The position numbers and the translations under genes were made by a program. From a virus: a DNA stretch of 64,000 nt. The stretch is from the IMG/VR virus record IMGVR_UViG_3300023117_000010, positions 28,174 to 92,173 of that record. One strand, 5' to 3'. The notes beneath the pieces are model-generated. The model worked only from the letters and a program-made list of their open reading frames with translations. It had not been told where the DNA came from and did no database searches. Below are positions 31,119-40,874 of the stretch, piece after piece. Each line of letters begins with the position of its first letter. Positions within the stretch are counted from its first letter, which is position 1.

Positions 31119-31406
31119 TTATTTTTCCTCCGTTTTATGTCCGAATGCAAATTCTCCACACTCTTCGCATAAAGAAATAAATCTATTTTTAGAATCTATA
31201 GCCCAAAGAACATCGTCATGAGAACACTTTTCTGTTTCATCGTTAGGCCAAATTTTTTTTAAATTAGAGTCGGTTGCAATCATTCTCCACACAAATGTTT
31301 TACCAAACTCTTGTGTTTTTTGACCTTTGAGTTCTAATAAAACATCTCCTTTTGATGGAGAAAATTTTTTAATACCACAATCTTCATTATGGTCTTCTTC
31401 AGACAT
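31119..31406 (-). CDS. hypothetical protein with C-terminal Cys/His cluster
   Basis: CSH...CEEC. Confidence 0.55.
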   Translation of the reverse strand: MSEEDHNEDCGIKKFSPSKGDVLLELKGQKTQEFGKTFVWRMIATDSNLKKIWPNDETEKCSHDDVLWAIDSKNRFISLCEECGEFAFGHKTEEK

Positions 31407-31414
31407 AAAAATCC

Positions 31415-34400
31415 TTAGATAAATAAATCAAAATCTTCTATAAAAAAATCTTTTAGAGGAATTTCTTCTAGATCTATTTTATCATTTTTGCTTGTTTGCA
31501 TCAATGTTGGATAATGCGTACCTTCTAAATTTAAGCGATCCATATTGCGAGCAATACCTTGTTCTTCAATAAGCGCCCTTTGCTCGTTTGTACTTAAGGT
31601 GGACTCAGATAGGAAAGAAGTTTTTTGAGAATCTTTTTCAATTGGCTCAAAACTATAATTTGATTGCCTTATTTCTGATTCACTAAGACTTACATCTAAG
31701 TCGCCTCTTGGGATATATAGATCCAAACGAGTTCCATTGTTTACTATTCTAACATAGTCAGGAATTTCATAATCAGATGAAGTCATCTTATACAATTTAT
31801 CTTTAACTAAAACATTTCCTCTTACGTCTTTCCATGCAGCAACTTTTGAAGTTGTTGCTGAAGAAAGCCCTTGACCAGCGTTAGTGGCTGTTTGACCGGC
31901 AGAAGACTGTTGTTCAGCAGTTTGCATTGGGTGCCCCGATGACTGTTGTTGCTGTTGTTGTCTTTGCAACCACTGTCTTGTCATATCAGTTGGCACGTTT
32001 GGATACATTTCTTGCAATTGCGCCTCTTCTTCTTGTTGCTGTTGAAGTTGCCCAAGAACGCCGGGATCTGGAGTCGCATCAGAACCTGCTTGATAGGCTT
32101 GCTGTGTCATAACAGCATCGCCCATTTGAGATGTTTGTTGAGCAATCCCCATTGTCTGATTATACGATTGATCGTAAGGAGATGGAGTTTGTGCTAACGT
32201 ATTGTTGGGTAATGATGTGAAATCAGATTCTTTTTTTTTAGATTCTCTTGGTAAATCTATTCCAAACTGCCCTAACGCTCTTCTGTCTCTTTCATCCATT
32301 TGAAAATCTTCTGGGTCTTTAATAATTGTTCTGGGATCTGCAAAAACACCTTGCTCTTCTTGCAGTCTTTCTGACTTTTCGATATCTTCAGGAAGAAAAC
32401 CAATTTCTGGACCAATGTTGTCTTTAAACATTCCAGAAACTCCTTGAATTTCATCAATTATTGCTTTTATTCCAGCATTAAACTCTTCTACACCCATGCC
32501 TAATGAGTCTAACTGTTGCATCATAGCGTCTGTATTACCCATTATCTCTGGAGGCATAACTTCAGCAAGCATTTGAAGTCCTTGTTTTATTCTTTCATTT
32601 TGTGCCTGAAGACTTCTAATGGCTAACACAAAAACTTCTTCAACTAACTCTTTTGCTTCCATAGGGTCTATATCTCTTCCACTTTGTTCGATAGATTCTT
32701 CAACTACTTCATCTGAATAAACATTATTTATTGCAGTTTCAAGATAGTTTTCAGCATAATCTTCAATAAATGCTTCAATATTTTCTAGATCGGCCATAGC
32801 CTTTCTTGAATCTCCAGTATTTACGACTTCTTGTGCAAGAAAATGGTAAGGATAGAACAATTTTTTTTCTAAATACGCTTGAGGCATTAATTGCAATGCA
32901 TCTTCATCATGTTGCAATTCTTGATTCATAAGAAGATAATCAGCAGCAGCAACTTTTTCTTGTTGCGGAGTAATCATTCCAGAAGTTTCTTGCTGATTAA
33001 TCTTTTCTTCAGAATTTGCTCCTACATTTTCTCCTTTTGAGGGGAATTTGTTATTAGTTCTTTCTTTCTTTGCTTTTTCTTTTTTCTCTTTTTCAACATC
33101 TTCAAGCACTTCCATGATATCCATCTGATGCATACCTTCTGGTAAATCATGCGGGTCATTCCCTGCTTCTTTCCATTCAATTCCCATATTAACAATTGAA
33201 GGATCTACTAGCGGATCATTGCTGGCTACTCTCTTTACCTGTTCAAGCGCCCAAATAGTATATTCGTGCCCATATGATGGATAAAGAGTATTAATAATAT
33301 CGCTTTCGTGAGTTCCCGCTTCCATAAAAGCCGCTACTCTTGCGAGAACTGGACGGTCTTCTTCTACATAACCATCAAATTTTGATTCATCAAGAGAAGC
33401 AAAAACTGGCTTTACTCTAAGAGAATCGTGAGATGCCGCTACTGCTCCGGGAATAAGAGTTTGTTGGTTTTGAGGCATCTTAGGTGGCGTTCCTACTCCA
33501 TCAATCGGAATAGGACTCATATTTGTATTTGTTGGAGACATAGCATCTGTGGGAGATGATGGTTCTGGCAATCCAGTATTTCCTTCTGGGGGAGCCTCTT
33601 CCTCTAACCCAACAGGGGTATTCAAAACAGAATTGTGATATTGTTCTGGAACAGCAGTTAAAATAGAAGAAAGTTCAGCAATTGTTTCCGCTTCGTGAGC
33701 ATAACTATAAAGTGCCCACCAGACAGCGCGGTTCTCTGTAACTTCACCAGATTTTGCCCATTGAGTTAACGCAGAATTAACTTGCGCTCTTAATGATTCA
33801 ATATCTGAATCCTTCTTCTTAATTCCTGAAGCGGCTTCAAACATTAAATTATCTGAGATGTGATCAAATGGCATATCAGAACGGCTTACTGATGCTTGTG
33901 GAGCCATACCCGGGGCTGTTGTATTCATCATTTGAATTGGTTGAACGGCTTCCTCTTGTCCACCACCACCAAACAAATTACCAACAATTGGAACGTTACG
34001 AAGAGCATTACTAAGACCTACTGCTGAAAGACCCTTTTTTACATATGGCATAATTTTGGGCAAACCAGATTTAACCAATTGTGGGCCAAATACGGCGGCA
34101 GCAGCCGCTAGGGGTAGAGCAGACTCTTTTTGATAATTAGAAACAGAACTAATTCCGTTATAATTTTTATCTTGCGTATTCATCACTTCAATAATAAAAC
34201 CAGTTCCGGGTAGATCTTCTTCTCCCAATTCTGGGTCTGAACAAGTAGTTAAGAAATCCATAAGATAGCCCTCAAATTCATCAACATCTTCAGTCTTAAA
34301 CTCTTCTTTTCTACGAAGAGAGTTTACATTCTGTAAAAGTTGCTGAACAAAACTATCTGGCTCACTTAGGGGGTCGGGCCATTCCTCTCCCTCTGGATCA

Positions 34401-34483
34401 TAATTTTCATCGGCTGGACTTACTTTTTCACCCATTGCTAATTTTCTATCTTTCTTGGACATTTTAAACGCGAAATCAGACAC
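31415..34483 (-). CDS. large multi-module acidic, Gln-rich protein, putative internal head/ejection protein
   Basis: KESA/RVAA/RVAS/KEAG/KVAA linkers; amphipathic LPLAAAAAVFGP segment; poly-Q. Confidence 0.6.
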   Translation of the reverse strand: MSDFAFKMSKKDRKLAMGEKVSPADENYDPEGEEWPDPLSEPDSFVQQLLQNVNSLRRKEEFKTEDVDEFEGYLMDFLTTCSDPELGEEDLPGTGFIIEVMNTQDKNYNGISSVSNYQKESALPLAAAAAVFGPQLVKSGLPKIMPYVKKGLSAVGLSNALRNVPIVGNLFGGGGQEEAVQPIQMMNTTAPGMAPQASVSRSDMPFDHISDNLMFEAASGIKKKDSDIESLRAQVNSALTQWAKSGEVTENRAVWWALYSYAHEAETIAELSSILTAVPEQYHNSVLNTPVGLEEEAPPEGNTGLPEPSSPTDAMSPTNTNMSPIPIDGVGTPPKMPQNQQTLIPGAVAASHDSLRVKPVFASLDESKFDGYVEEDRPVLARVAAFMEAGTHESDIINTLYPSYGHEYTIWALEQVKRVASNDPLVDPSIVNMGIEWKEAGNDPHDLPEGMHQMDIMEVLEDVEKEKKEKAKKERTNNKFPSKGENVGANSEEKINQQETSGMITPQQEKVAAADYLLMNQELQHDEDALQLMPQAYLEKKLFYPYHFLAQEVVNTGDSRKAMADLENIEAFIEDYAENYLETAINNVYSDEVVEESIEQSGRDIDPMEAKELVEEVFVLAIRSLQAQNERIKQGLQMLAEVMPPEIMGNTDAMMQQLDSLGMGVEEFNAGIKAIIDEIQGVSGMFKDNIGPEIGFLPEDIEKSERLQEEQGVFADPRTIIKDPEDFQMDERDRRALGQFGIDLPRESKKKESDFTSLPNNTLAQTPSPYDQSYNQTMGIAQQTSQMGDAVMTQQAYQAGSDATPDPGVLGQLQQQQEEEAQLQEMYPNVPTDMTRQWLQRQQQQQQSSGHPMQTAEQQSSAGQTATNAGQGLSSATTSKVAAWKDVRGNVLVKDKLYKMTSSDYEIPDYVRIVNNGTRLDLYIPRGDLDVSLSESEIRQSNYSFEPIEKDSQKTSFLSESTLSTNEQRALIEEQGIARNMDRLNLEGTHYPTLMQTSKNDKIDLEEIPLKDFFIEDFDLFI

Positions 34484-34526
34484 TTTAACTCCTTGTTATG
34501 AAGATCTACCCTTTATTATCAGGAAA

Positions 34527-35942
34527 CTACAACAATACAGGTTCCGTACCACCAACAGATATATCAATTATATCACCCGTTACGCTGCCATGAACAGTTG
34601 GAGTGTCATTAACATTTAATACAATAGGAGCGGCTGTTCCAATTGCAGTTTTTTCTTTAAATGTAATCAATTGGATAGTGTTTGGGCTTATACTTATATT
34701 AAAATCAGTGACTACAAAAATATCAAAATCTTCTTTAAGAATTGTTGCCCGAGCAATTTCAGATATTAAGAAAAAATAGTCTAATCTTGAATAATTTGCA
34801 TCATAATATGGGATTTCTATTAATGTTGCTGTTTCTTTAACGTTTAATAACAATCCATTATTAATTTCTGTCAATTGTCCAACATCATCTGTTGATGCGG
34901 ATACTTCGACTCCGACAAAATCTTGCAATGTGCTGATATCAGAAGCAATCGCTCCAATTATTGGAGTGTCTGTAAGATTTGATTCATCTAAAGATGATAA
35001 AGAATTAGAAACTGCTTCAAATAGTGTAATATTTTCAATTACATAAACTTCAATTGATACATTTTCAGATAGTTGAATTTGCTCCAACCCAATAGCATCG
35101 GCTTCTAATGAATCAAATTGATCTGATGCTGACGAGGTATCTGAACTTCCAATATCATTAGATATATTAGGTGTTTCTATTAAAGATGAAGAATCTGAAC
35201 TTTCAGCATTTACATTTGACAAAGTAGATTCTGAAAGTTGTGCATCGTCGCTGATTTCAGGGGCTATTTCAACAAACTCTGCAAGATTTGACTGATCTTG
35301 CGATCTAAACCCGATGTTAGAAGTATCTTCAAAAAGATTTGAAAGGTCATCAGATGACAATTCAGCAGATATTAAAGGAATATCCGTTGTAGAAATATTA
35401 TCAGTTCCGGGCGCTTCTGCTGCAACAAAATTGCTTGATTCTAGTAGAAAACCATCTGAATCAGAGGCTACTAGATCTGTAAAGACTTGAACGTTTTCAG
35501 ATTCAATTCCTGAGTCAAGAGCATTTAGATCTATTGTGTTGACAAACTCAGATAATGTAGAAAAATCTTGTATATTGTCTAATAATATTTGAGTTATTTC
35601 TACTAATAGAGAACTATCACTAGAACTCAATGATGCTGCAATAGATTCAGAAAGGGCTATGCTATCTTGATTTGTAAGAAACAAGCCACCGTTTGAATCT
35701 GACAACGATAAACTATCGCTAGAAGATAGTCTTATATCAATGAATTCATTAAAAGTTACACTATCTATGTTTGCAACTGAAACAGAAAGTGTAAGTAAAA
35801 TATCTGTTAAAGATAAAGAATCAACAACAGAATCTAAAAAGATTGATGAAACATTATCTATTAATACAGCAGAATCTGAAGATGTAACTGTTTTATATGG
35901 AATAGTAATTACATCATCAATAAATGTAAAATTAGTAGTCAT
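34527..35942 (-). CDS. Ser/Asp-rich repetitive virion structural protein
   Basis: about 20-24-aa repeats of D-S-x-x-L-x-[ED] type; located among tail genes. Confidence 0.6.
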   Translation of the reverse strand: MTTNFTFIDDVITIPYKTVTSSDSAVLIDNVSSIFLDSVVDSLSLTDILLTLSVSVANIDSVTFNEFIDIRLSSSDSLSLSDSNGGLFLTNQDSIALSESIAASLSSSDSSLLVEITQILLDNIQDFSTLSEFVNTIDLNALDSGIESENVQVFTDLVASDSDGFLLESSNFVAAEAPGTDNISTTDIPLISAELSSDDLSNLFEDTSNIGFRSQDQSNLAEFVEIAPEISDDAQLSESTLSNVNAESSDSSSLIETPNISNDIGSSDTSSASDQFDSLEADAIGLEQIQLSENVSIEVYVIENITLFEAVSNSLSSLDESNLTDTPIIGAIASDISTLQDFVGVEVSASTDDVGQLTEINNGLLLNVKETATLIEIPYYDANYSRLDYFFLISEIARATILKEDFDIFVVTDFNISISPNTIQLITFKEKTAIGTAAPIVLNVNDTPTVHGSVTGDIIDISVGGTEPVLL

Positions 35943-35952
35943 GTTTATTTAA

Positions 35953-36831
35953 TTAAGTTTTAATAATGTAATTCATTACAAGATAGGGCTGCATATTTGT
36001 ATGCGGTGAGTTCCCACCAGTATTTCCAACAGATATACCAGTTGTATTACTATCAACTACTTGACCGGGAAAACTACTATTTGGTGATTGACCAGCACCT
36101 TGGAGAGAAGTCGCGCCACCGGGACTGTTACTAGTTGTATAATTTATAGTCATTGTATGACCATGACCGGGATCGGTAATTGGGTGGCTGTGGGAGGGAA
36201 GTTGACTAGTTGATAAGGTAACATTTTCTGTTCCACCTGAATCACCTTCTGTTCTTCCATTTCCTGTGCCAATTGGCATCCTAGTTGAAAGATCTGGGAC
36301 ATTAAAGGCAGTACCACTAGCAGTACCACTATAAGTATATCCAATTACACCAAAAAGCCCGGGATAATCTGCCGTTCCATAACTTGTTCCATCACATAAT
36401 AAATAACCAGATGGGGCAACTGTACCCGCAAAAGACAAAACTGCTCCTGTTGGATTAAATCTTTCATCAGTAGATAAGTTTGAAACTGAACCTGCAATTG
36501 AAGAAACTGAGCCAAGCGTGGCATTATCAGTGTAGACTAAGTTGCTTGTGTCTGTAATCCCATGAACGGATGTTGTAGCAGCGTTATGAGTAATTACAGA
36601 CCCTTGAGTTGCAGTTACAGACCCTTGAGTTGCAGTTACAGACCCTTGAGCGTTAGTTACGCTTCCAGCAATAGCAGTAACTGAATTAGATACTGTTGTA
36701 ACTGTCCCTGCTACATAATTTAATTCGCTTTCAACATCAAGAATGCCTTCTTCTATATTATTAAGATTGGCCGATGAAATGGGAGTATTTGTGCTTGGTG
36801 AATCTTCCCATGTAGTTCTACTATATGCCAT
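35953..36831 (-). CDS. tail fibre protein with phage tail collar domain
   Basis: PTGAVLSFAG..APSGYLLCDG...FNVPDL; TL...LPSHSH; HTNMQPYLVMNYIIKT. Confidence 0.85.
   Translation of the reverse strand: MAYSRTTWEDSPSTNTPISSANLNNIEEGILDVESELNYVAGTVTTVSNSVTAIAGSVTNAQGSVTATQGSVTATQGSVITHNAATTSVHGITDTSNLVYTDNATLGSVSSIAGSVSNLSTDERFNPTGAVLSFAGTVAPSGYLLCDGTSYGTADYPGLFGVIGYTYSGTASGTAFNVPDLSTRMPIGTGNGRTEGDSGGTENVTLSTSQLPSHSHPITDPGHGHTMTINYTTSNSPGGATSLQGAGQSPNSSFPGQVVDSNTTGISVGNTGGNSPHTNMQPYLVMNYIIKT
36594..36650. repeat. 21-bp tandem repeat (about 2.7 copies) encoding QGSVTAT heptads
   Basis: TTACAGACCCTTGAGTTGCAG repeated. Confidence 0.85.
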
Positions 36832-36867
36832 TTTTTCTCCTTGGAATTCCTATTAATTAAATTGTCG

Positions 36868-36896
36868 GAAAACACAGAAACCCGCCGTAGCGGGTA
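36868..36896 (-). terminator. intrinsic terminator
   Basis: on - strand ACCCGC-TACG-GCGGGT then TTCTGTGTTTT. Confidence 0.6.
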
Positions 36897-36923
36897 ACTG
36901 ATATTAAATTTATTTAGTTTGAC

Positions 36924-37496
36924 TTAAGCCAATGAAAGTGATACAGAAAATGTCCATGTTGAAGCAGAAGTTTTTGAACCAAGATCTTCTTGCTTGCGAT
37001 TGAGCATTCTTCCACCAGATGAGCCATTAAATACACCCCACTCATACCAAGTGAAGTTTGCATCTGCGGTTCCAAACGTAGAACGGAAAGTAATCGTACC
37101 GGCTCCTGCACCAGTTCCGTCTGAGTGTTGTGGATATGTTGCATCCATTCCTACACGAATTTGATTAGCAGTTCCGGCTGACGCTTGTAAATCATTTTGA
37201 GTAGCAGCAGCGGCAATTGTACCATTTCCTACTCCAATGTGAGCATTAGTATTGTCAAAGTAAGTTAGATTTTGACCACTTGATGCATCGCCATTTCCAA
37301 TAAGAGTTTGCCAAATGCAAGAAGCCCCACCATTCATAAGAAGATTGCCCTCTTTTTCAACAACTTCATAAGGCTCAGATAAATCGTTGCCATGATACTT
37401 TTCGACCTTCCAACGGGCTTTCCATTGAACAGGTTGGTGAGTCTCATAATTAGCGCCAATTACGCTAGCCTCACCCATTTTTGCTGATTCATTCAT
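36924..37496 (-). CDS. virion structural protein (paralog of 41415-41966)
   Basis: GNLL..GG, YFD..NA.IG.G, YP.HSDGTG, W.EWG..NG, LNRK motifs shared with the paralog. Confidence 0.7.
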   Translation of the reverse strand: MNESAKMGEASVIGANYETHQPVQWKARWKVEKYHGNDLSEPYEVVEKEGNLLMNGGASCIWQTLIGNGDASSGQNLTYFDNTNAHIGVGNGTIAAAATQNDLQASAGTANQIRVGMDATYPQHSDGTGAGAGTITFRSTFGTADANFTWYEWGVFNGSSGGRMLNRKQEDLGSKTSASTWTFSVSLSLA

Positions 37497-37631
37497 TTTA
37501 AATAATTCCTTTCTTTTTACGCGCATAAAAAGAGTTTAAACCTTTCTTATATTAGAATAAGGAAAAGTTTGTAATAAAGGGATAAAAATACAAGAACAAA
37601 AACCGGCGAATAGGAACAGGATGCTTATGCG

Positions 37632-38609
37632 CTAGGCAATCTCGTATGTCGTGGTAAACGAGATAAAGTCGCCAGACGCGACGGCCTTACTTGGGCTTGC
37701 ACCAAACCGACCGCCGCCATAGGCAGCAAACGGTGCAGAGTCATAGCCGAAAGCGATTGAGGTTGCAGTTGGCAGCGTTTCTACATTGAGTTGCCAGCGG
37801 AGCGTTCCGTCCCAGTAAACGGCGTTGCCAATCACGGTGTAGTCGCCAGCGGCTTCTGCCGAGTAGGGGAGGTTGCGAATCTCTATCTGCTGCCCAGCAA
37901 CTCCTGCCTGAGTCGCGCTGACCTTCGCCTGCACGATTGCAGTGTCACCGATGCGGGTGTAGCGGGCGTGAGGGGTGGTGCTGGTCAGGTTGCCGTTTTG
38001 GTACAACTGCGGCGTCCACGTTGACCAGCCGCCAAGAGAGTTGGTCTGCACCCACGCGCTTGAGTCGTAAGTCAACTCGCGGTCGTTGTCAGTCTGGTAA
38101 ATCTTCTGCCCCTCAAACGGACTCGCGGGCCGCGTGGAGGAAGTGCAGATGATGGTGCTTGTGGTGACGGCGGGCCACTGGGTTGCTTGGACGATCTTGC
38201 TGACGCGGATAAAACCGGGACCGCCGTTTGTCGTGGGGGCGGTGTCAAACTGGAATGTTCCAGAACTAGCGTTGACAAGTGCGCTCCACTGGAAAGTGTG
38301 CGAACCGGCTGGTGGTGTGAGGCGAACCTTCGCGTAGAACGGCGTTGTGTCGTTGACCTGCACACCGACACGCTGCTGAAATGAGCCGTCAACGTAAAGG
38401 GACGACACCAAGTAGTAGTTACCGATAACGGAATAAGGGCAGAACATTTCTACAATGATTGGCGAGCCATCGCACACCGCCGTTACGGAACCGCCCACGT
38501 TCTGACCAGTTGTTGACGTAACGACAACCGCGCTTGTCAGGTCAAGATGGGCCAACTCCACCAGCCCGCCGCTCGCCGTCACTACCTGTGTGTCTGTGAG
38601 TGAGGTCAT
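37632..38609 (-). CDS. minor tail / receptor-binding protein
   Basis: CTSSTRPASPFEGQKIYQTD linker, WSTWTP...ARYTRIG tail-fibre-type domain. Confidence 0.7.
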   Translation of the reverse strand: MTSLTDTQVVTASGGLVELAHLDLTSAVVVTSTTGQNVGGSVTAVCDGSPIIVEMFCPYSVIGNYYLVSSLYVDGSFQQRVGVQVNDTTPFYAKVRLTPPAGSHTFQWSALVNASSGTFQFDTAPTTNGGPGFIRVSKIVQATQWPAVTTSTIICTSSTRPASPFEGQKIYQTDNDRELTYDSSAWVQTNSLGGWSTWTPQLYQNGNLTSTTPHARYTRIGDTAIVQAKVSATQAGVAGQQIEIRNLPYSAEAAGDYTVIGNAVYWDGTLRWQLNVETLPTATSIAFGYDSAPFAAYGGGRFGASPSKAVASGDFISFTTTYEIA

Positions 38610-39637
38610 GCGGACACCGCCTTGACGTATGCGTTTCCAAAGGTGTTGAGGTACGCAGTATTCGGATAACTCAACTGAACGTAGAAGCGATACGACTTGC
38701 TTGCGTACAGGTACGCGGTCATTGGGTTCGGAGTGCTAAACCGCGTGTGGTAGTAGTAGCCGTTGAAGTCTTGGCAGTAGTTCAACTGGATGTACTGAGA
38801 ACCGTCAGTTGCTCCAAAGTGAATGTAGATGCCAATGCCGGTGTTCAGTTCAATCATCCCCGACCTTTGAGAAATCTCGTACCATCCGTCCCACGGCGGA
38901 GTAAAGGTCAGACTGTTGTAGTCACCACCTGTCTGCTGGACGATGCTGGATGTGGTCAAGGTCATTCTGTTAGAGCCGGATGACCATCGGCAAAGAGTCG
39001 CCTGTCCAAGCGGTAGCCACTTGGTGCCGTCGTACTGCATTGGAAGCACCGCGCCAATGTTCCCCGCAGCAGAGTGCCTGTAGTGAACAACGTCGCCGTT
39101 TTCTGGATTCGAAGGCAACTGCGTCACAATAGGCGGGGTCCAGAAGGGCTTGAGGCCGTCGTTCTGCTGGACGATCTTGCTGACGCGGAGAAACTGCGGA
39201 GGGTATGGCGAACCTGCTCCAACGTATCCGTTCCTTGATGCGTTGCTGACGTAGCCGCCAACCCTAAAAGTGTGCGAACCAACAGCCGGGGTCATGCGGT
39301 ATTGCAGCGCCACAGGGACAAGATGCCCAATAGCGTTCGTGCGGTTGGCGACCCTTCCCCAACTGTCCTCTTGCACAGAACCGTCATAGACAAGAGAGAA
39401 GTTGAGTTGGTCGCCGGTTCCCGCAGCGTCCTGCGTTGCCCTAGCGATTGGCGCGTAGTATTCGACAAGAACTGGTGAGCCGTCGCAAACCAACGTCATT
39501 TCCGGCGTAAGCCAGTCGGGTGACGCAGACGATGTAGCAGTGAGGGTGACGGCGTTATCGTTCTCCGAGTACCCCAACTCCACCAGTCCACCCGGAGTGA
39601 TGGGCTGCGCCCCGCCGAACGCTGACAGGTTCGCCAT
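38606..39637 (-). CDS. minor tail / receptor-binding protein (N-domain paralogous to neighbour)
   Basis: GGLVEL, CDGSP..VE, TP..GSHTF, F.RVSKIVQ shared with 37632-38609. Confidence 0.7.
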   Translation of the reverse strand: MANLSAFGGAQPITPGGLVELGYSENDNAVTLTATSSASPDWLTPEMTLVCDGSPVLVEYYAPIARATQDAAGTGDQLNFSLVYDGSVQEDSWGRVANRTNAIGHLVPVALQYRMTPAVGSHTFRVGGYVSNASRNGYVGAGSPYPPQFLRVSKIVQQNDGLKPFWTPPIVTQLPSNPENGDVVHYRHSAAGNIGAVLPMQYDGTKWLPLGQATLCRWSSGSNRMTLTTSSIVQQTGGDYNSLTFTPPWDGWYEISQRSGMIELNTGIGIYIHFGATDGSQYIQLNYCQDFNGYYYHTRFSTPNPMTAYLYASKSYRFYVQLSYPNTAYLNTFGNAYVKAVSA

Positions 39638-40521
39638 CAGTCAGCCTCCGTAAAATAACTAATAACTTGACTTCCGCTAGACGCTATAGCATATATTGCA
39701 GAGGTTGGAGCCTTATCAATTACTAATGATTGACTGGGGGCAAGTCTGGCGCCTGTATTGACAACAATTGCAGTTGATCCGCCAATCCATACATAGTCAC
39801 TCCCAAGATTTTGGAGTAAAATTGTTCTTCTGTTTGCATCTGCTGTTAATACTGTTCCCATACTAGTAGTAATACTAGCAGATCCTTGATCAATTGTCGA
39901 ACCACGTTCAATAACATTTGCAGTTCCCGCAACAGAAACTGTACCCTGAGTGTATATAGCGCCTGTGTCTGCGTTAGTAACGGTAGTTGTTCCAGCGACA
40001 TAAGCGGGAGCAGAGGCTGGAATAGTTACTGTACCAGCAATATATCCGGGAGCAGTGTTTGGTATTGTTGCAGTAGTAGTCCCCTGTACATAAAGTGCGT
40101 CAGTTGATGGATTTGTAACTGTTGTAGTACCTTGTATATACAAAGCGCCAGTATCAGCATTAGTTGCAGTTGTTGTTCCTGCAACATAAGCAGGGGCTGT
40201 GTTTGGTATCGTTGCAGTTGTTGTTCCTTGCACATAAAGTGCGCCAGTATCAGCATTGGTTGCCTCAACAGTTCCGCCAACAAACCAGTTACCTGATTGG
40301 ATTGCAGTGACGGGCCAAGTTCCAGAACCAACATCAGCAGTTACAGTCCAAGCGCCACCTTGATTGACGGTTCCACCTACATTCCACACTCCAGATTGAA
40401 TAGCATTTACATTCCATGTTGCGTTTTGATAAACCGTACCAAGCACAGGAACCGTTGTTGACGGATCAGCAGTTACTGTACCTTGAACCTTAACGGTATT
40501 TACTACAATTGGAGCGCCCAT
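39637..40521 (-). CDS. Thr/Gly-rich repetitive fibre-like virion protein
   Basis: repeats TNADTGALYVQGTTT / IPNTAPAYVAGT; C-terminal beta-rich domain (NRRTILLQNLG..VWIG). Confidence 0.7.
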   Translation of the reverse strand: MGAPIVVNTVKVQGTVTADPSTTVPVLGTVYQNATWNVNAIQSGVWNVGGTVNQGGAWTVTADVGSGTWPVTAIQSGNWFVGGTVEATNADTGALYVQGTTTATIPNTAPAYVAGTTTATNADTGALYIQGTTTVTNPSTDALYVQGTTTATIPNTAPGYIAGTVTIPASAPAYVAGTTTVTNADTGAIYTQGTVSVAGTANVIERGSTIDQGSASITTSMGTVLTADANRRTILLQNLGSDYVWIGGSTAIVVNTGARLAPSQSLVIDKAPTSAIYAIASSGSQVISYFTEAD

Positions 40522-40874
40522 TATGCTGTAATCCTATTCACGAATCCACCGACATTAACAACTGATCCAACGTCGGCATATGCTTTCACAACAAGTCCAT
40601 TTTGTAAAACAAAAGACGGGATAATTTCAATAAGACCCACATCTGGAGGAAGTGTGAATGAAACTTCATTATTTGCACCAGTTCCACCGTACTCAATTGT
40701 TAGAGTTGCATCGCTAGTGTGATAATTGGTTGCAAAAATGTGAAGTTCATCAATGTCATCGGTGCCGGATACGGCAGTATGGATTGTATTAGCCCCAGCA
40801 GTTGATGTTCCTGTTATTTGAATAAACCTACCATTAGTAGATCCAGATAGTAAAAGTTTGCTAATAGATGCCAT
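40521..40874 (-). CDS. virion structural protein, 117 aa
   Basis: LLLSGSTNG..IHTA..DE..IFATN..GFVNRIT; within structural operon. Confidence 0.6.
   Translation of the reverse strand: MASISKLLLSGSTNGRFIQITGTSTAGANTIHTAVSGTDDIDELHIFATNYHTSDATLTIEYGGTGANNEVSFTLPPDVGLIEIIPSFVLQNGLVVKAYADVGSVVNVGGFVNRITA

Larger units (their letters stand above)
37632..39637 (-). mobile_element. horizontally acquired high-GC two-gene tail cassette
   Basis: about 55-62% GC in sampled lines versus about one third in flanks; edges close to gene boundaries; no mobility gene present. Confidence 0.6.

Noticed and set aside
37536-37631. In-frame hydrophobic extension after the TAG of 37632-38609, and an 8-bp inverted repeat GCGCATAA/TTATGCGC (37521-37632) as an invertible switch
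   Set aside because: A 31-codon open stretch in pyrimidine-rich DNA and an 8-bp repeat can arise by chance; no suppressor tRNA or invertase seen.
38606-38900. Possible diversity-generating retroelement target (many TAC/AAC-type codons at the fibre C-terminus)
   Set aside because: No template repeat or reverse transcriptase in the window; C-ending codons are expected from the cassette's high GC.
39900-40330. Repeats in 39637-40521 as a CRISPR-like array
   Set aside because: They are degenerate in-frame coding repeats without unique spacers.
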